From NCBI GenBank assembly GCA_963713825.1, contig CAVQNG010000005.1, positions 448,001-512,000 on the forward strand: a stretch of 64,000 nucleotides of DNA, given 5' to 3'. Under the pieces are notes generated by a model, which was not told the origin of the DNA, did no database searches, and was given only the letters and a program-made list of their open reading frames with translations. The position numbers were made by a program, and so were the translations under genes. Source of the stretch: an uncultured Acidobacteriota bacterium. Lineage in GTDB: Bacteria; Acidobacteriota; Thermoanaerobaculia; Multivoradales; JAHEKO01. Below, in pieces: positions 29,673 to 38,971 of this stretch (the stretch's first letter is position 1; every line of letters begins with the position of its first letter).

Positions 29673-30518
29673 TCAGTCCTCCTCGTCCGAACCGGACATC
29701 TGATTGAGTCCATAGAGCAGGGCAGGTACCCCGAACAGCACTAGAGGAACGCCGTAGAGGAAGTCGCGTGTGTACTCTGGATAGGGAGTCGTTCCCAGGT
29801 CGGTCCGGAAGCCCAACTCCTCGAAGGGCACGGCCGACAGATAGAGCCAGCCGGTGCCACCCACTTCGTGCTCGCCGTAGATCTTGTGCACGTAGCGGTC
29901 GGGGTGGTTGTAGATCCGCACCCGGGCAATCTCCATGAGATCCCTCTTCTTGCCGAACATGAGGGCATCGGTGGGGCAGGAATCGACGCAGGCTGGTTTC
30001 TTGCCCTCTTGAAGGCGATCGAAGCAGAGGTTGCATTTCTGGATTTTGGGGTTCCATTCGTTGTACTCGAACTTGGGGATGTCGAAGGGGCAAGAGACCA
30101 TGCAGAATCGACACCCCATGCATTTCGACGAGCGCCAGATGACCGGACCCTCCTGGGTCTTGTACATGGCGTTGGTGAGGCAGGCAGCGGTACATGCGGG
30201 CTGCCAGCAGTGCATGCACTGGGTTTTGACGAAGACCTCGCCTCGGGTCGTGTCGTAGCGATTGACGACGGTCCAGGCAGACTCGCTGGTCTTACGCGGC
30301 GTCTCGAGAGCCTCGTCGTTGACAGTGTCTGGGACGGGGAAGCCGTGCTCGGTCGCACAGGCCTTCTCGCAGGCCCTGCACCCGATGCAACGGGTGGTGT
30401 CGACCAGCACGCCGGAGAACTCCGGCGAGGGTGCCGCGCTCTCGGACCCCCGTGCGTCGGTGCCGGTCAAGGCCATTCCGGCGACTCCTGTGACCTTCAG
30501 GAAATCCCTCCGATTCAT
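29673..30518 (-). CDS. Tat-exported 4Fe-4S dicluster protein (HmcB/HybA-like)
   Basis: MNRRDFLK Tat signal, four FeS Cys clusters, C-terminal TM helix. Confidence 0.92.
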   Translation of the reverse strand: MNRRDFLKVTGVAGMALTGTDARGSESAAPSPEFSGVLVDTTRCIGCRACEKACATEHGFPVPDTVNDEALETPRKTSESAWTVVNRYDTTRGEVFVKTQCMHCWQPACTAACLTNAMYKTQEGPVIWRSSKCMGCRFCMVSCPFDIPKFEYNEWNPKIQKCNLCFDRLQEGKKPACVDSCPTDALMFGKKRDLMEIARVRIYNHPDRYVHKIYGEHEVGGTGWLYLSAVPFEELGFRTDLGTTPYPEYTRDFLYGVPLVLFGVPALLYGLNQMSGSDEED

Positions 30519-31045
30519 CCTGCGACCTCCTTCTCAGGCGACAGCCGGTTGTGCCTTGCGCTTTCCTGCGAAGACGGGTTCGCTGCTCCCTGATGGCAGG
30601 TGCCGCAATTGCGGCTCGCATCGGGACCTTTGGCGACCTCGTGGCACTTCCAGCAGCTTTGATGAATGACGACCTTGGCGCTCATGGTCTCGTCGGCGAC
30701 GGTGTGTGGCGCGCTGTGGTGGCAGGTGGAACAGGCCTGTGGACAGGCCGGGGTCTCACTCTCGTGATGACAGGTCGTGCAGTCGATCCAGAAGTCCTGT
30801 AGGTAGTCCTCATGGGGCATCTGCAGCCTGACGGCATTGGTTTCGTGATGGCAGTCCGCACAGGGGATCTCGAAGTCCTCGCTGTGCATCTGGTGTGCGA
30901 AGGTCACCTCGCCGACCGAGGAAGGCGACACGATGACGTCTGGGGGCGCGGGTGAGAGGCAGCGATCCTCGGCTGGTTGGCCTGCGGCGGTGGTCGCGAC
31001 CAGGCCGAGAGCCAGCACGAAGAGAAAAAGGGTGGCACCTTTCAT
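30515..31045 (-). CDS. Cytochrome c3-like multiheme protein (5 CxxCH)
   Basis: Signal peptide, VTFAHQMH, CADCH, CTTCH, CSTCH, CWKCH, CGTCH. Confidence 0.88.
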   Translation of the reverse strand: MKGATLFLFVLALGLVATTAAGQPAEDRCLSPAPPDVIVSPSSVGEVTFAHQMHSEDFEIPCADCHHETNAVRLQMPHEDYLQDFWIDCTTCHHESETPACPQACSTCHHSAPHTVADETMSAKVVIHQSCWKCHEVAKGPDASRNCGTCHQGAANPSSQESARHNRLSPEKEVAG

Positions 31046-31106
31046 GCTTCGGTCCTCCAGGGTTCAGACTCACTCGAGTCAGAGTAGAAACTTCAGTCCA
31101 ATCGGC

Positions 31107-32294
31107 TCAAGAAACCGGCGCGGCGGTGTTGCTGGAGCCTACGAATGTGTCGCCGAAGACGGACCAGGTGATCTCGACGCCCTTCATCTTGGCTTCTTCA
31201 GGAGTCAGCGCCGTGGCCCGCTCGCCTTCTTCCTCCGCTTGCCTCAGAGTCGTCAATCGACTCCAGAAGTCACGAATCTCGCCCTCGTACCAGGGCAGGG
31301 CGTCGGCGCCGATCCTGAGGTCACCGAGCTCCTGGCTGAGCCTGGCCGGCTCCATGCAGCAGATCCACCCCAGGGCGAACGGCCGCCGGGTAACCAGTTC
31401 CAGGTAGTAGGTGAGGTCGTGGTTGACTCCAGTGACCTTGCCGGTGAGCGGCGAGGGGAAGGTCAGAAGGGTATCGCCCCGCCGTAGGGAGAAGAGTGGC
31501 TCTCCCTTGCGAACCTGGCTGCCTTGCGCCGGAAACTCGATGTCCTTGATGTCTTCGAGCGTCTTCAGGGCGAAGTCATCGAGGCCGATTCGCGCTTCGC
31601 CGGTGATGTCGATGCCGACCCAGGTGTGCTCGGGCGAGACGTAGATTCCACCCGGTACGTTGATGACGTTGGGCGAATGGGACTCTTCGACGGCAGCGGT
31701 CACCAGCTGGACCCGGGGAGCGATCTCCTTCTCGATGCGGTCCCGACGCCGAATCAGGCATTTGTTGGTGAAGGCGCCCAGCTCGTCTGGCGTGAAGGGC
31801 TTCTCCACGTAGTCCATGGCGCCGAATCGCATCGTCGACACCGCGGTCTCGATGGTTCCGTAGCCGGTGATCATGACGACGTCGATGTCGGGCCGGAGGT
31901 GCTTGACCGCCTTGGTCAAGTCCATACCGTCCATGCCGGGCATCTTCAGATCGGTGAAGACGAAGTCGTAGTCGTGCTTACGGACGAGTCCCAGCGCCTC
32001 TTGGGCAGTCTCGACGGTATCGATGGAGAAGCCCTCCAACACAAGGATCTTGCGGAAACTGTCGAGGACGACGGGCTCGTCGTCGACTGCCAGAATGCGG
32101 GCCTTCGGCGAATCCACTTCGACCCGCTTGAGACTCACGGCTTCATCGGTGTAGTCGAGCTTGAGGCCGGTATCGAGGGCCTCGGCCCGCTCCTTCTTGA
32201 GCTTGGCGTCCTCTCTTTTCTTCAGTGCCAGGCGCAGCAGGAGATCGACGACGAAGAAGACAACAATGGTCAACAGGACGATTACGACTACCAT
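31107..32294 (-). CDS. Membrane-anchored receiver domain fused to GcvH-like domain (no lipoyl Lys)
   Basis: N-terminal TM helix, AVDDE..FTDLKMPGMDG..KPF receiver, then EHTWV..RIGLDDF..PSPLTGKVTGVN..GW H-protein fold. Confidence 0.85.
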   Translation of the reverse strand: MVVVIVLLTIVVFFVVDLLLRLALKKREDAKLKKERAEALDTGLKLDYTDEAVSLKRVEVDSPKARILAVDDEPVVLDSFRKILVLEGFSIDTVETAQEALGLVRKHDYDFVFTDLKMPGMDGMDLTKAVKHLRPDIDVVMITGYGTIETAVSTMRFGAMDYVEKPFTPDELGAFTNKCLIRRRDRIEKEIAPRVQLVTAAVEESHSPNVINVPGGIYVSPEHTWVGIDITGEARIGLDDFALKTLEDIKDIEFPAQGSQVRKGEPLFSLRRGDTLLTFPSPLTGKVTGVNHDLTYYLELVTRRPFALGWICCMEPARLSQELGDLRIGADALPWYEGEIRDFWSRLTTLRQAEEEGERATALTPEEAKMKGVEITWSVFGDTFVGSSNTAAPVS

Positions 32295-32322
32295 GGCTTT
32301 ACCTCCCACTCGAAACGGTGGT

Positions 32323-33156
32323 TCACGAAACCGGTTTCCTTTCGCCTTCATGGGTCGGGCGGTGTTCAATCACGGTCAGCTCCCGCTCGAGGTCCGAAGG
32401 GATGATTTGTGCAAGCCAGCCGGTGCCGAACGGATCCCGGTCGAGGATCTGCGGGTCGGCTCCGAGTTGCTCGTTCGTGGTCAGGATCTGTCCGCTCAAT
32501 GGGGCCCAGACACGGTGCACCAGGCCTCCATGGCTGAGAATTCGAATCAGGGTCTTGCCCTGAACCGTGTTCTCGGAGCCGCCTGAGAACTCGATCGACT
32601 CGATCTCCCGGAGCAGTCCAGCGAAGGTCTCGGCGGCACCGAGAGTCGCTGTCCCGTCTTGGTCGAGGCGAACCCAGCTGTGGCGCCCGAGTTGATAGCC
32701 CTCGACTCCGGCGTCGGCGTCGTGGCGGGCGGCCTCTGCTGCCAGGAAGTCAGGCGACAAGGCGCCTGGGGCCGAGCTCACGAGACGAAAACGCAGAGAA
32801 CGACGTACCACACCCAGAAGCTCGCGAGCGTCGAAGGGTTTCGGTATGAAATCGAAGGCGCCCAGGTGAAAGGCCTCGAGGGCGTTCTCCAGGGTCGCGT
32901 AGCCGGTGATCATGACGATCTCAGGAGGGGCGGCGAGGGCTCGGCAGAGGTCGAAGATCTCGAAGCCGGATGCCCCGGGCAGCTTCAGGTCGCAAAGCAC
33001 GATCTTGTAGGTGGCGACGTTCAACCTGGCGGCGGCGCTCTCCATTTCCGGTGCCATGTCGGTTGAGAGTCCGGCTCGACTCAGCACGCGCTCGGCCGCC
33101 ATCTGGACAACCGGCTCGTCTTCGACGATCAGGACGTCAATCTGTGGCTTGGTCAT
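32323..33156 (-). CDS. Receiver domain fused to GcvH-like domain (no lipoyl Lys)
   Basis: IVEDE..LCDLKLPG..PKPF receiver; HSWVRL..APLSGQI..N..DPFGTGWL H-protein fold. Confidence 0.82.
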   Translation of the reverse strand: MTKPQIDVLIVEDEPVVQMAAERVLSRAGLSTDMAPEMESAAARLNVATYKIVLCDLKLPGASGFEIFDLCRALAAPPEIVMITGYATLENALEAFHLGAFDFIPKPFDARELLGVVRRSLRFRLVSSAPGALSPDFLAAEAARHDADAGVEGYQLGRHSWVRLDQDGTATLGAAETFAGLLREIESIEFSGGSENTVQGKTLIRILSHGGLVHRVWAPLSGQILTTNEQLGADPQILDRDPFGTGWLAQIIPSDLERELTVIEHRPTHEGERKPVS

Positions 33157-34675
33157 CGCTCGTCCCTTGGGTGTATCCGCTGGTCTCGTTGACTGGCAGA
33201 AGGATCGTGAAAGTGGTTCCCCGGTTCGGTTTGCTGTCCACGGAGATGGTGCCGCGATGTTCCTCGACGATGCCCCAGACCACCGCCAGGCCGAGACCGG
33301 TGCCACCCGTATCTCGGGTCGTGAAGAAGGGTTCGAAGACTTTTTGTAGATTCTGGCTTGGTATACCGCAGCCGTTGTCCGCGACTTTGATCTCGATGTG
33401 CGGAGTGCCTTCGATTTTCTGCAGGTCGGTCCCGACGAAGATCTCACCGCCCTTTTTGGGTCCGATGGCAAGAGCCGCATTGACGAGGAGGTTGATGAGC
33501 ACCTGGACCAACTGGTTGGCGTCGACCCGGATGTCAGGAAGCTCCTCGAGAAGGCCGCGGGTTACCTGGATATTGGCGACATCGAGCTCGTGATCGACGA
33601 TGGACAGAGCCTGGTTGACGATGGTATTGATGTCGGAGTTGGTCTTGCGGGGTGGCACCTGGCGTGAGAAATCGAGGAGGCCCTTGACGATGTCGCGGCA
33701 CCGTTTGGTCTCTCGGACGATGGTCTCCAGGTCTTCGCGGACTGCGGGATCCTGGTCGGTCTGGCTGAGCAGGAGACTGCTGAAAGTGAGGATGCCGGTC
33801 AGGGGATTGTTGATCTCGTGGGCGATTCCCGCCGCCAGCTGGCCGACCGATGCGAGCTTGTTGGACTGGTAGAGCTGGCTTTCGGTCTCGGCGATCTTCT
33901 GGGTCATCTCGTTGAAGGAATGCTGGAGCTTGCCGAGCTCGTCGTTGCGCTGAACTTCGATCCGGTAATTGAAATCCCCCGCTGCGACGGCGTCGGTAGC
34001 TTTCATCAGTTTGCCGACCGGCTTGCCGACGAGACGATGGACGATCAGCCAGATCAGGAAGCTGATGGAGAGGATGGCGATGGCAATGGAAAGCAGGGCT
34101 TTGGCTCGCTCTTCTGCCATGTGGCGTTCCGTGCTGGCGAGATCCAGGGTGATATCCAGGACGCCGAGGACGGCTTGATCTGGCGGGTGAGCGTGACAGT
34201 CGGCTTCGGTGCAGCTGGGCTCGTTATAGATGGGCTTGATGATGCCGAGCTGGGCGTGGCCTTCCGAGTCGTCGAAGAAGCGTGTCCGGGATGTTCTGTC
34301 GGGTCGCTCGAGGGGGGAGTCCGAGGCGTGACAGACATAGCAGGCTTCGGCGTGCTTATCGACCATGGTGCCGATGGTGCCCTTGTCGGGGGAGTAGATG
34401 ACACGGCCGTCTTTGTTGAGGATGCGGATGCCGAGGATGTTCTCTTGGCGGCCGATCGCATCGATGATCTGGTGCACCTCCTCCGGTTGATTCTGGAGCA
34501 TGGCGAAGCGGGTGCTTCGTTGGATGGTCTCGGCGCACTGGTCCGCGTAGCTCTCCATGAGGGTGACCATGGAATGGCGGTGGGTGACGATGAGGAGATT
34601 GGAGAGGAGGCCGAAGATGACGGCCGCCGTCAAAGCCACTGCCACGATGAGCCGGTGACTGATCCTTGTCCTCAT
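33137..34675 (-). CDS. Sensor histidine kinase with periplasmic c-type heme motifs, HAMP, HisKA and HATPase domains
   Basis: Two TM helices enclosing CYVCH and CTEADCH; AHEINNPL H-box; DNGCGI, PFFTT, GTGLGL. Confidence 0.92.
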   Translation of the reverse strand: MRTRISHRLIVAVALTAAVIFGLLSNLLIVTHRHSMVTLMESYADQCAETIQRSTRFAMLQNQPEEVHQIIDAIGRQENILGIRILNKDGRVIYSPDKGTIGTMVDKHAEACYVCHASDSPLERPDRTSRTRFFDDSEGHAQLGIIKPIYNEPSCTEADCHAHPPDQAVLGVLDITLDLASTERHMAEERAKALLSIAIAILSISFLIWLIVHRLVGKPVGKLMKATDAVAAGDFNYRIEVQRNDELGKLQHSFNEMTQKIAETESQLYQSNKLASVGQLAAGIAHEINNPLTGILTFSSLLLSQTDQDPAVREDLETIVRETKRCRDIVKGLLDFSRQVPPRKTNSDINTIVNQALSIVDHELDVANIQVTRGLLEELPDIRVDANQLVQVLINLLVNAALAIGPKKGGEIFVGTDLQKIEGTPHIEIKVADNGCGIPSQNLQKVFEPFFTTRDTGGTGLGLAVVWGIVEEHRGTISVDSKPNRGTTFTILLPVNETSGYTQGTSDDQATD

Positions 34676-34690
34676 CCGCCCCCCTCCCTC

Positions 34691-35960
34691 GGTGCCACCC
34701 TTTTTTCTGCGACAAAGGGCGGTTCTGCGTGAAGGTGCTTTGGGGACCGAGGCAGTCGGCTCAATGAACGAATTGCTGACTGCATTTCCGAGCCGACGGC
34801 GCTGCCCTCGATCGTCCGCAGTCAGTATGCGGCCGATACGAGGCAAAGAAAACGTCCCTTGGGGTATGAAGCCCTCGTCTGTCCGTATTGCTGCCCGATG
34901 CACCTTAGGGCTTACGATGGGTTGCAGTCTCTACGACTTCCCGATGACAGTTTCTTCTGAGACTGGCAGCTAGGTCGGGCCTCGCGCATGTTGCCGGCAG
35001 GGGAGGTGAGGTGGAAAGGCGCCTTCAGGAAATTCGCCGAAGATGTCTGCAGAGTTCAATCGGTTGGCGGCATTCTGGAAGGCCTCAACGAAGCATGAGT
35101 AGGCCTCTCGAAAGAGAGTGCGGGCCTCCTGAGAGACACAATGAACGAGCGGGGCAGGAGACCACTCGGATTTTCTTGGCTTGGTATGAGGGTCCTGGGT
35201 GAGGATGTTCTTCTTGCCCAAAGGGCGACTGCTGCGGGCTCGATGCCGTGCCAAAGCGTCTGCTTCGATTTCAGAAATCAGCTCACGGATGCGCTTCCGC
35301 ATGAGTGCTGGGCGAAGGGATCGCCAGCATGGGATGGGAACGAACTCAACGTGCTCACTTTCACAGAATTGAGATGAATCTCGATGTGCCGCGCCGGGAG
35401 TGGCGACCCGCTGCCGGGTTCTATCGATCCAAATGCCCTCTAGCCTTGCACCATCCAAAAGAGGTCGGATGGAGCTGACACCTGGCCAATCGAGCGGGCT
35501 CGACACTAGGTTCTCTTTGCAGCTGTTGGCCATGATGTAGCGGAGTCGGGCGATCTGTGCTTCTGGCTCGTCACTGACCACGATGTGCTGATATCGACGA
35601 TGCCAGAAGGGACCACGCCATCGATGCAGCCGTCCTGCCTCTTTGGCTAGATTCCCCTGGAAGTACCCGACAAATTTCGCCAGTTGTCGCGCGCTCTCTA
35701 CCGTGAGCAGAAGGTGGTAGTGGTTCGATAGGACTACGCAGGCGTGGAGTCTGACTCCATAGATGCGCTGTGCCCGACCGAGCACTCCAATGAGCAAGCG
35801 ATTGAGCTCGGCTGAAGGTCTCAGCAGGAATCGACCCTGAATGGTGCGATTCGTGACCTCGACGAGGCTGCCTCCTGAAGGAATGAATCGAAGGCGTCGT
35901 CCCATAACCATCCAAGACGAAATGCCGCCCCGACATCTTTCAAGAAAAAAGGTGGCACCT
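34691..35960. mobile_element. RAYT-type element bracketed by an inverted GGTGCCACC(C)TTTTTT / AAAAAAGGTGGCACC motif
   Basis: Motif at 34691-34706 and its near reverse complement at 35945-35960 flank the HUH transposase; interrupts the hybC-kinase gene run. Confidence 0.5.
34970..35905 (-). CDS. REP-associated tyrosine (HUH/Y1) transposase
   Basis: EVTNRT, HACVVLSNHYHLL (HUH), GPFWHRRY, RYIMANS..LV..P.DWPGVSS. Confidence 0.85.
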   Translation of the reverse strand: MGRRLRFIPSGGSLVEVTNRTIQGRFLLRPSAELNRLLIGVLGRAQRIYGVRLHACVVLSNHYHLLLTVESARQLAKFVGYFQGNLAKEAGRLHRWRGPFWHRRYQHIVVSDEPEAQIARLRYIMANSCKENLVSSPLDWPGVSSIRPLLDGARLEGIWIDRTRQRVATPGAAHRDSSQFCESEHVEFVPIPCWRSLRPALMRKRIRELISEIEADALARHRARSSRPLGKKNILTQDPHTKPRKSEWSPAPLVHCVSQEARTLFREAYSCFVEAFQNAANRLNSADIFGEFPEGAFPPHLPCRQHARGPT

Positions 35961-36064
35961 GAAGAAAGAGCCGAGGCGCCACGGGGGCGACTCGGCTCGG
36001 AAATGGCGTCGGGGCTTAGGCGCCGAACGCGGATTGCGACGCCGGCCCCTCTTCCAGTCAATTC

Positions 36065-37762
36065 TTACAGTGCTTTCACTTTCACCAGTTCCTTGCCCTC
36101 GGCATCATGGGTATGAATCGCACAAGCCAGGCACGGGTCGAACGAGTGAATGGTGCGCACAACCTCGAGAGGTCTCTCGGGATCGGCCACCGGGTTGCCC
36201 ATGAGTGATGCCTCGTAGGGCCCCATCCTTCCCTTGGCGTCTCTCGGCCCGGCGTTCCAGGTCGAGGGCACGACACACTGGTAGTTCTCGATGACTCCGT
36301 CGCGAGCGACAACCCAGTGCGACAGCGTGCCGCGCGGAGCTTCGTGGAAGCCGAACCCTTTCTGCACGCCCTTGAACTCGGGCTTCCGCCAGATCTCCAC
36401 GTCTCCGCTGGCGATGTTGTTGGCCAGCAGACCCCAGTGCTTCAGGGCCAGATCCGACAGCACGACGCACCGAATGCACCGCGCCGCGTGCCGTCCGAGG
36501 GTCGAATGCAAGACCTTCGGGGTCAGCTTGACGCCCGCCATGTTGCCAGCCTGCTCTAGGACGTAGGTGCCGTACTTGGCAAAGAGCTCGTTGCCCGAGG
36601 CCAAGCCCATCAGCACCTGAGCCAGCGGACCCACCTGCATCGGCTCGTCCTGGAACCGAGGCGACTTCACCCAGGAGTAGTCCCCGTCGTCTTCCCATTC
36701 GCTGTACTTGGGAACGGTCTCCTCCTCCCAGGGGTGACGCTGCCAGTCACCGTCGTACCAGGAGTGAGCAATCCCTTCCTCGACGTTGTCGCGGAAGTAC
36801 TCGTCATTGAAGCTCGAGATCGGCTTGTACGAACCGAGATCAGCATTCATGATCGTGCCGCCCGGCAGGTCGAACTCTGTCCCCGCTTCGTCGAGCGGCA
36901 GATCTGGCACAGCCATGTAGTTCGTCACGCCCGCCCCGTATCCCAGCCACTCCGGATACATGGAGCCGATGGCGATGACGTCCGGTAGATAGACGTTCTT
37001 CACAAAGTCCTGAACCTCTGTCAGCAGCACCTTTGCCTGATACAGCTTCTTCATGTTCAACGTGGCTTCGTTGTCCATGTTGATGGCGTTGGCGACGCCT
37101 CCGACAGCCAGGTTCTGAATGTTGGGGGTCTTCGACCCCAGAATGGTCACCACCTGATTGGCCTTGCGCTGATACTCGAGGGCCTGCAGGTAGTGGCTTG
37201 CCGCCAGCAGGTTGACCTCGGGTGGCAGATGCATGGCTGGGTGACCCCAGTAGCCGTTGGCGAAGATCCCCAACTGCCCGCTGTCCACCACACCTTGCAG
37301 CCTCGCCTTGACCGCCGCGAGCTGCTTGGTGCTATTTCCAGGCCACTCCGAAATGCTCTCCGCTAGCTTGCTCGCCGCGGCCGGATCGGCTTTCAGAGCC
37401 GACACGATGTCGACCCAGTCGAGCGCCGACAGGTGGTAGAAGTGCACGATGTGATCGTGCAGCCCGTGGGCCGCCAAGATCACGTTGCGAATGTACTGGG
37501 CGTTGATGGGTACGGTCATACCCACCGCATTCTCCACCGCGCGCACCGAAGTGATGGCGTGCACGGTGGTGCACACCCCGCAAATGCGCTGGGTGAAGAG
37601 CCAGGCGTCCCGCGGGTCGCGGCCCTGGAGAATGACTTCGATCCCTCGCCACATCTGGCCCGAGGACCAGGAATTCTGCACCTTGCCGCCATCGACTTCG
37701 ACGTCGACGCGCAGGTGGCCCTCGATGCGAGTGATCGGGTCGACTGTGATCCGTCTACTCAT
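36065..37762 (-). CDS. hybC: [NiFe]-hydrogenase large subunit, group 1 (Hyb-type)
   Basis: DPITRIEGH, QRICGVCTTVH (L1), SFDPCLACAIH (L2) plus cleavable tail. Confidence 0.95.
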   Translation of the reverse strand: MSRRITVDPITRIEGHLRVDVEVDGGKVQNSWSSGQMWRGIEVILQGRDPRDAWLFTQRICGVCTTVHAITSVRAVENAVGMTVPINAQYIRNVILAAHGLHDHIVHFYHLSALDWVDIVSALKADPAAASKLAESISEWPGNSTKQLAAVKARLQGVVDSGQLGIFANGYWGHPAMHLPPEVNLLAASHYLQALEYQRKANQVVTILGSKTPNIQNLAVGGVANAINMDNEATLNMKKLYQAKVLLTEVQDFVKNVYLPDVIAIGSMYPEWLGYGAGVTNYMAVPDLPLDEAGTEFDLPGGTIMNADLGSYKPISSFNDEYFRDNVEEGIAHSWYDGDWQRHPWEEETVPKYSEWEDDGDYSWVKSPRFQDEPMQVGPLAQVLMGLASGNELFAKYGTYVLEQAGNMAGVKLTPKVLHSTLGRHAARCIRCVVLSDLALKHWGLLANNIASGDVEIWRKPEFKGVQKGFGFHEAPRGTLSHWVVARDGVIENYQCVVPSTWNAGPRDAKGRMGPYEASLMGNPVADPERPLEVVRTIHSFDPCLACAIHTHDAEGKELVKVKAL

Positions 37763-37774
37763 TCCAATGTCCTC

Positions 37775-38971
37775 CTAATGGGCTTCCGCTGTGGTGGATC
37801 GGCCAGCCAGGATCGGAAAGACCGTGACCAGTGCCACGTACAGCACGATTTCGATTGCAACGATTCCGATCGTGACGAACATCTCCGGCACGGTCGGGAA
37901 GTACGAGAAATTCTCGCCCGGCATGAAGGCCACCAGATACGTGTCGAACCGGTACATGGTTCCGGCGAGGACCAGCATCATGGCAGCGCGAAACAGATAG
38001 CCGAGATTCTGTCGTTTCTGGGCGTTCATCAGCATCACCGCAGGAACGGCGAAGCAGATGATCTCGAGCCAGAACATCAGAGAGAAGACGTTGAACTGAA
38101 ACATCAGGCCGAGCCGTCCGCGCAGTACCAGTTCCACCAGGCGCAGAGCCAGGTAGACCCAGATGATGTAGGCGGCTACCTTGCCGATGTTTGCCAACAT
38201 CGAGGTGTGGGACGGGCGCCCGAAGTAGCGACTCGCCAGCGCCGATTCCATCACCACCACCGCATAGCCCATGGCGATGCAGGAGATCAGGAATAGCAAC
38301 GGCACGAGCGGCGTGTTCCACAGGCCGTGCAGCCGTGGCCCCGACAGCAGCATCAGGCTGCCCAGGGACGACTGATGCATGGTCGGCAGCAGCACTCCCA
38401 GCGCGATGATCCAGATCAGCAGTTTGTTGACAATGCCGTAGGCTTTCTTCGAGAAGTTGGCCAGCCCCTCCTTGGGACTGTCCTTCCACTTCTCAAAAAA
38501 CGCCGGCGACAGCTCGATCCATAGAACGATGACGTAGGCCATCACACACAGCGCTACTTCGAGCAGGGCGGAGTTCCAGTTGTACTTGCCCATGTCGGGG
38601 AAGCCACCCAGCGGGATGCGCCAGATGAACCACGGCCGGCCCACATCGATGGCGATGGCCAGCCCCGCCATGGAGTAACCGAGGGCGCTGGTCAAGATCG
38701 CCGGACGAACCAGCGGATGGTACTTGCCCTTGTTGAAGATATAGACCAACAGGGCCATGGCGAAGCCGCCGCAACCCAGGGCCGTACCGGTGACGACGTC
38801 GAAGGCGATCCAGAGACCCCACGGATAACCGTCGGTGAGTCCTGTCGACCTGCCAAGACCGACGGCGAAGCGCCAGAGGATGAGGACAACACCGAGGATG
38901 CCGAGCCACAAGATCCACTTGTTGACTTTGCCGAAGGCCGGGCCACCTAGAGGTTGTGCTTGCTCGCTCAT
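37775..38971 (-). CDS. hybB: Hydrogenase-2 NrfD-type membrane subunit
   Basis: YPWGLWIAFDV, YHPLVRPA, PTMHQSSLG, MYRFDTY. Confidence 0.93.
   Translation of the reverse strand: MSEQAQPLGGPAFGKVNKWILWLGILGVVLILWRFAVGLGRSTGLTDGYPWGLWIAFDVVTGTALGCGGFAMALLVYIFNKGKYHPLVRPAILTSALGYSMAGLAIAIDVGRPWFIWRIPLGGFPDMGKYNWNSALLEVALCVMAYVIVLWIELSPAFFEKWKDSPKEGLANFSKKAYGIVNKLLIWIIALGVLLPTMHQSSLGSLMLLSGPRLHGLWNTPLVPLLFLISCIAMGYAVVVMESALASRYFGRPSHTSMLANIGKVAAYIIWVYLALRLVELVLRGRLGLMFQFNVFSLMFWLEIICFAVPAVMLMNAQKRQNLGYLFRAAMMLVLAGTMYRFDTYLVAFMPGENFSYFPTVPEMFVTIGIVAIEIVLYVALVTVFPILAGRSTTAEAH

Noticed and set aside
31033-31048. Sigma-54-like TGGCACCTTTCATGCT on the plus strand
   Set aside because: Points antisense into the operon and arises from the AAAAGGGTGGCACC repeat overlapping a start codon; likely coincidental
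31107-33156. Functional glycine cleavage system or sHdr lipoate-binding proteins
   Set aside because: No lipoyl lysine, and no gcvP/T/L, lipoate ligase or sHdr genes in the window
36065-37762. [NiFeSe] hydrogenase
   Set aside because: L2 motif is DPCLAC with Cys codons; no in-frame UGA
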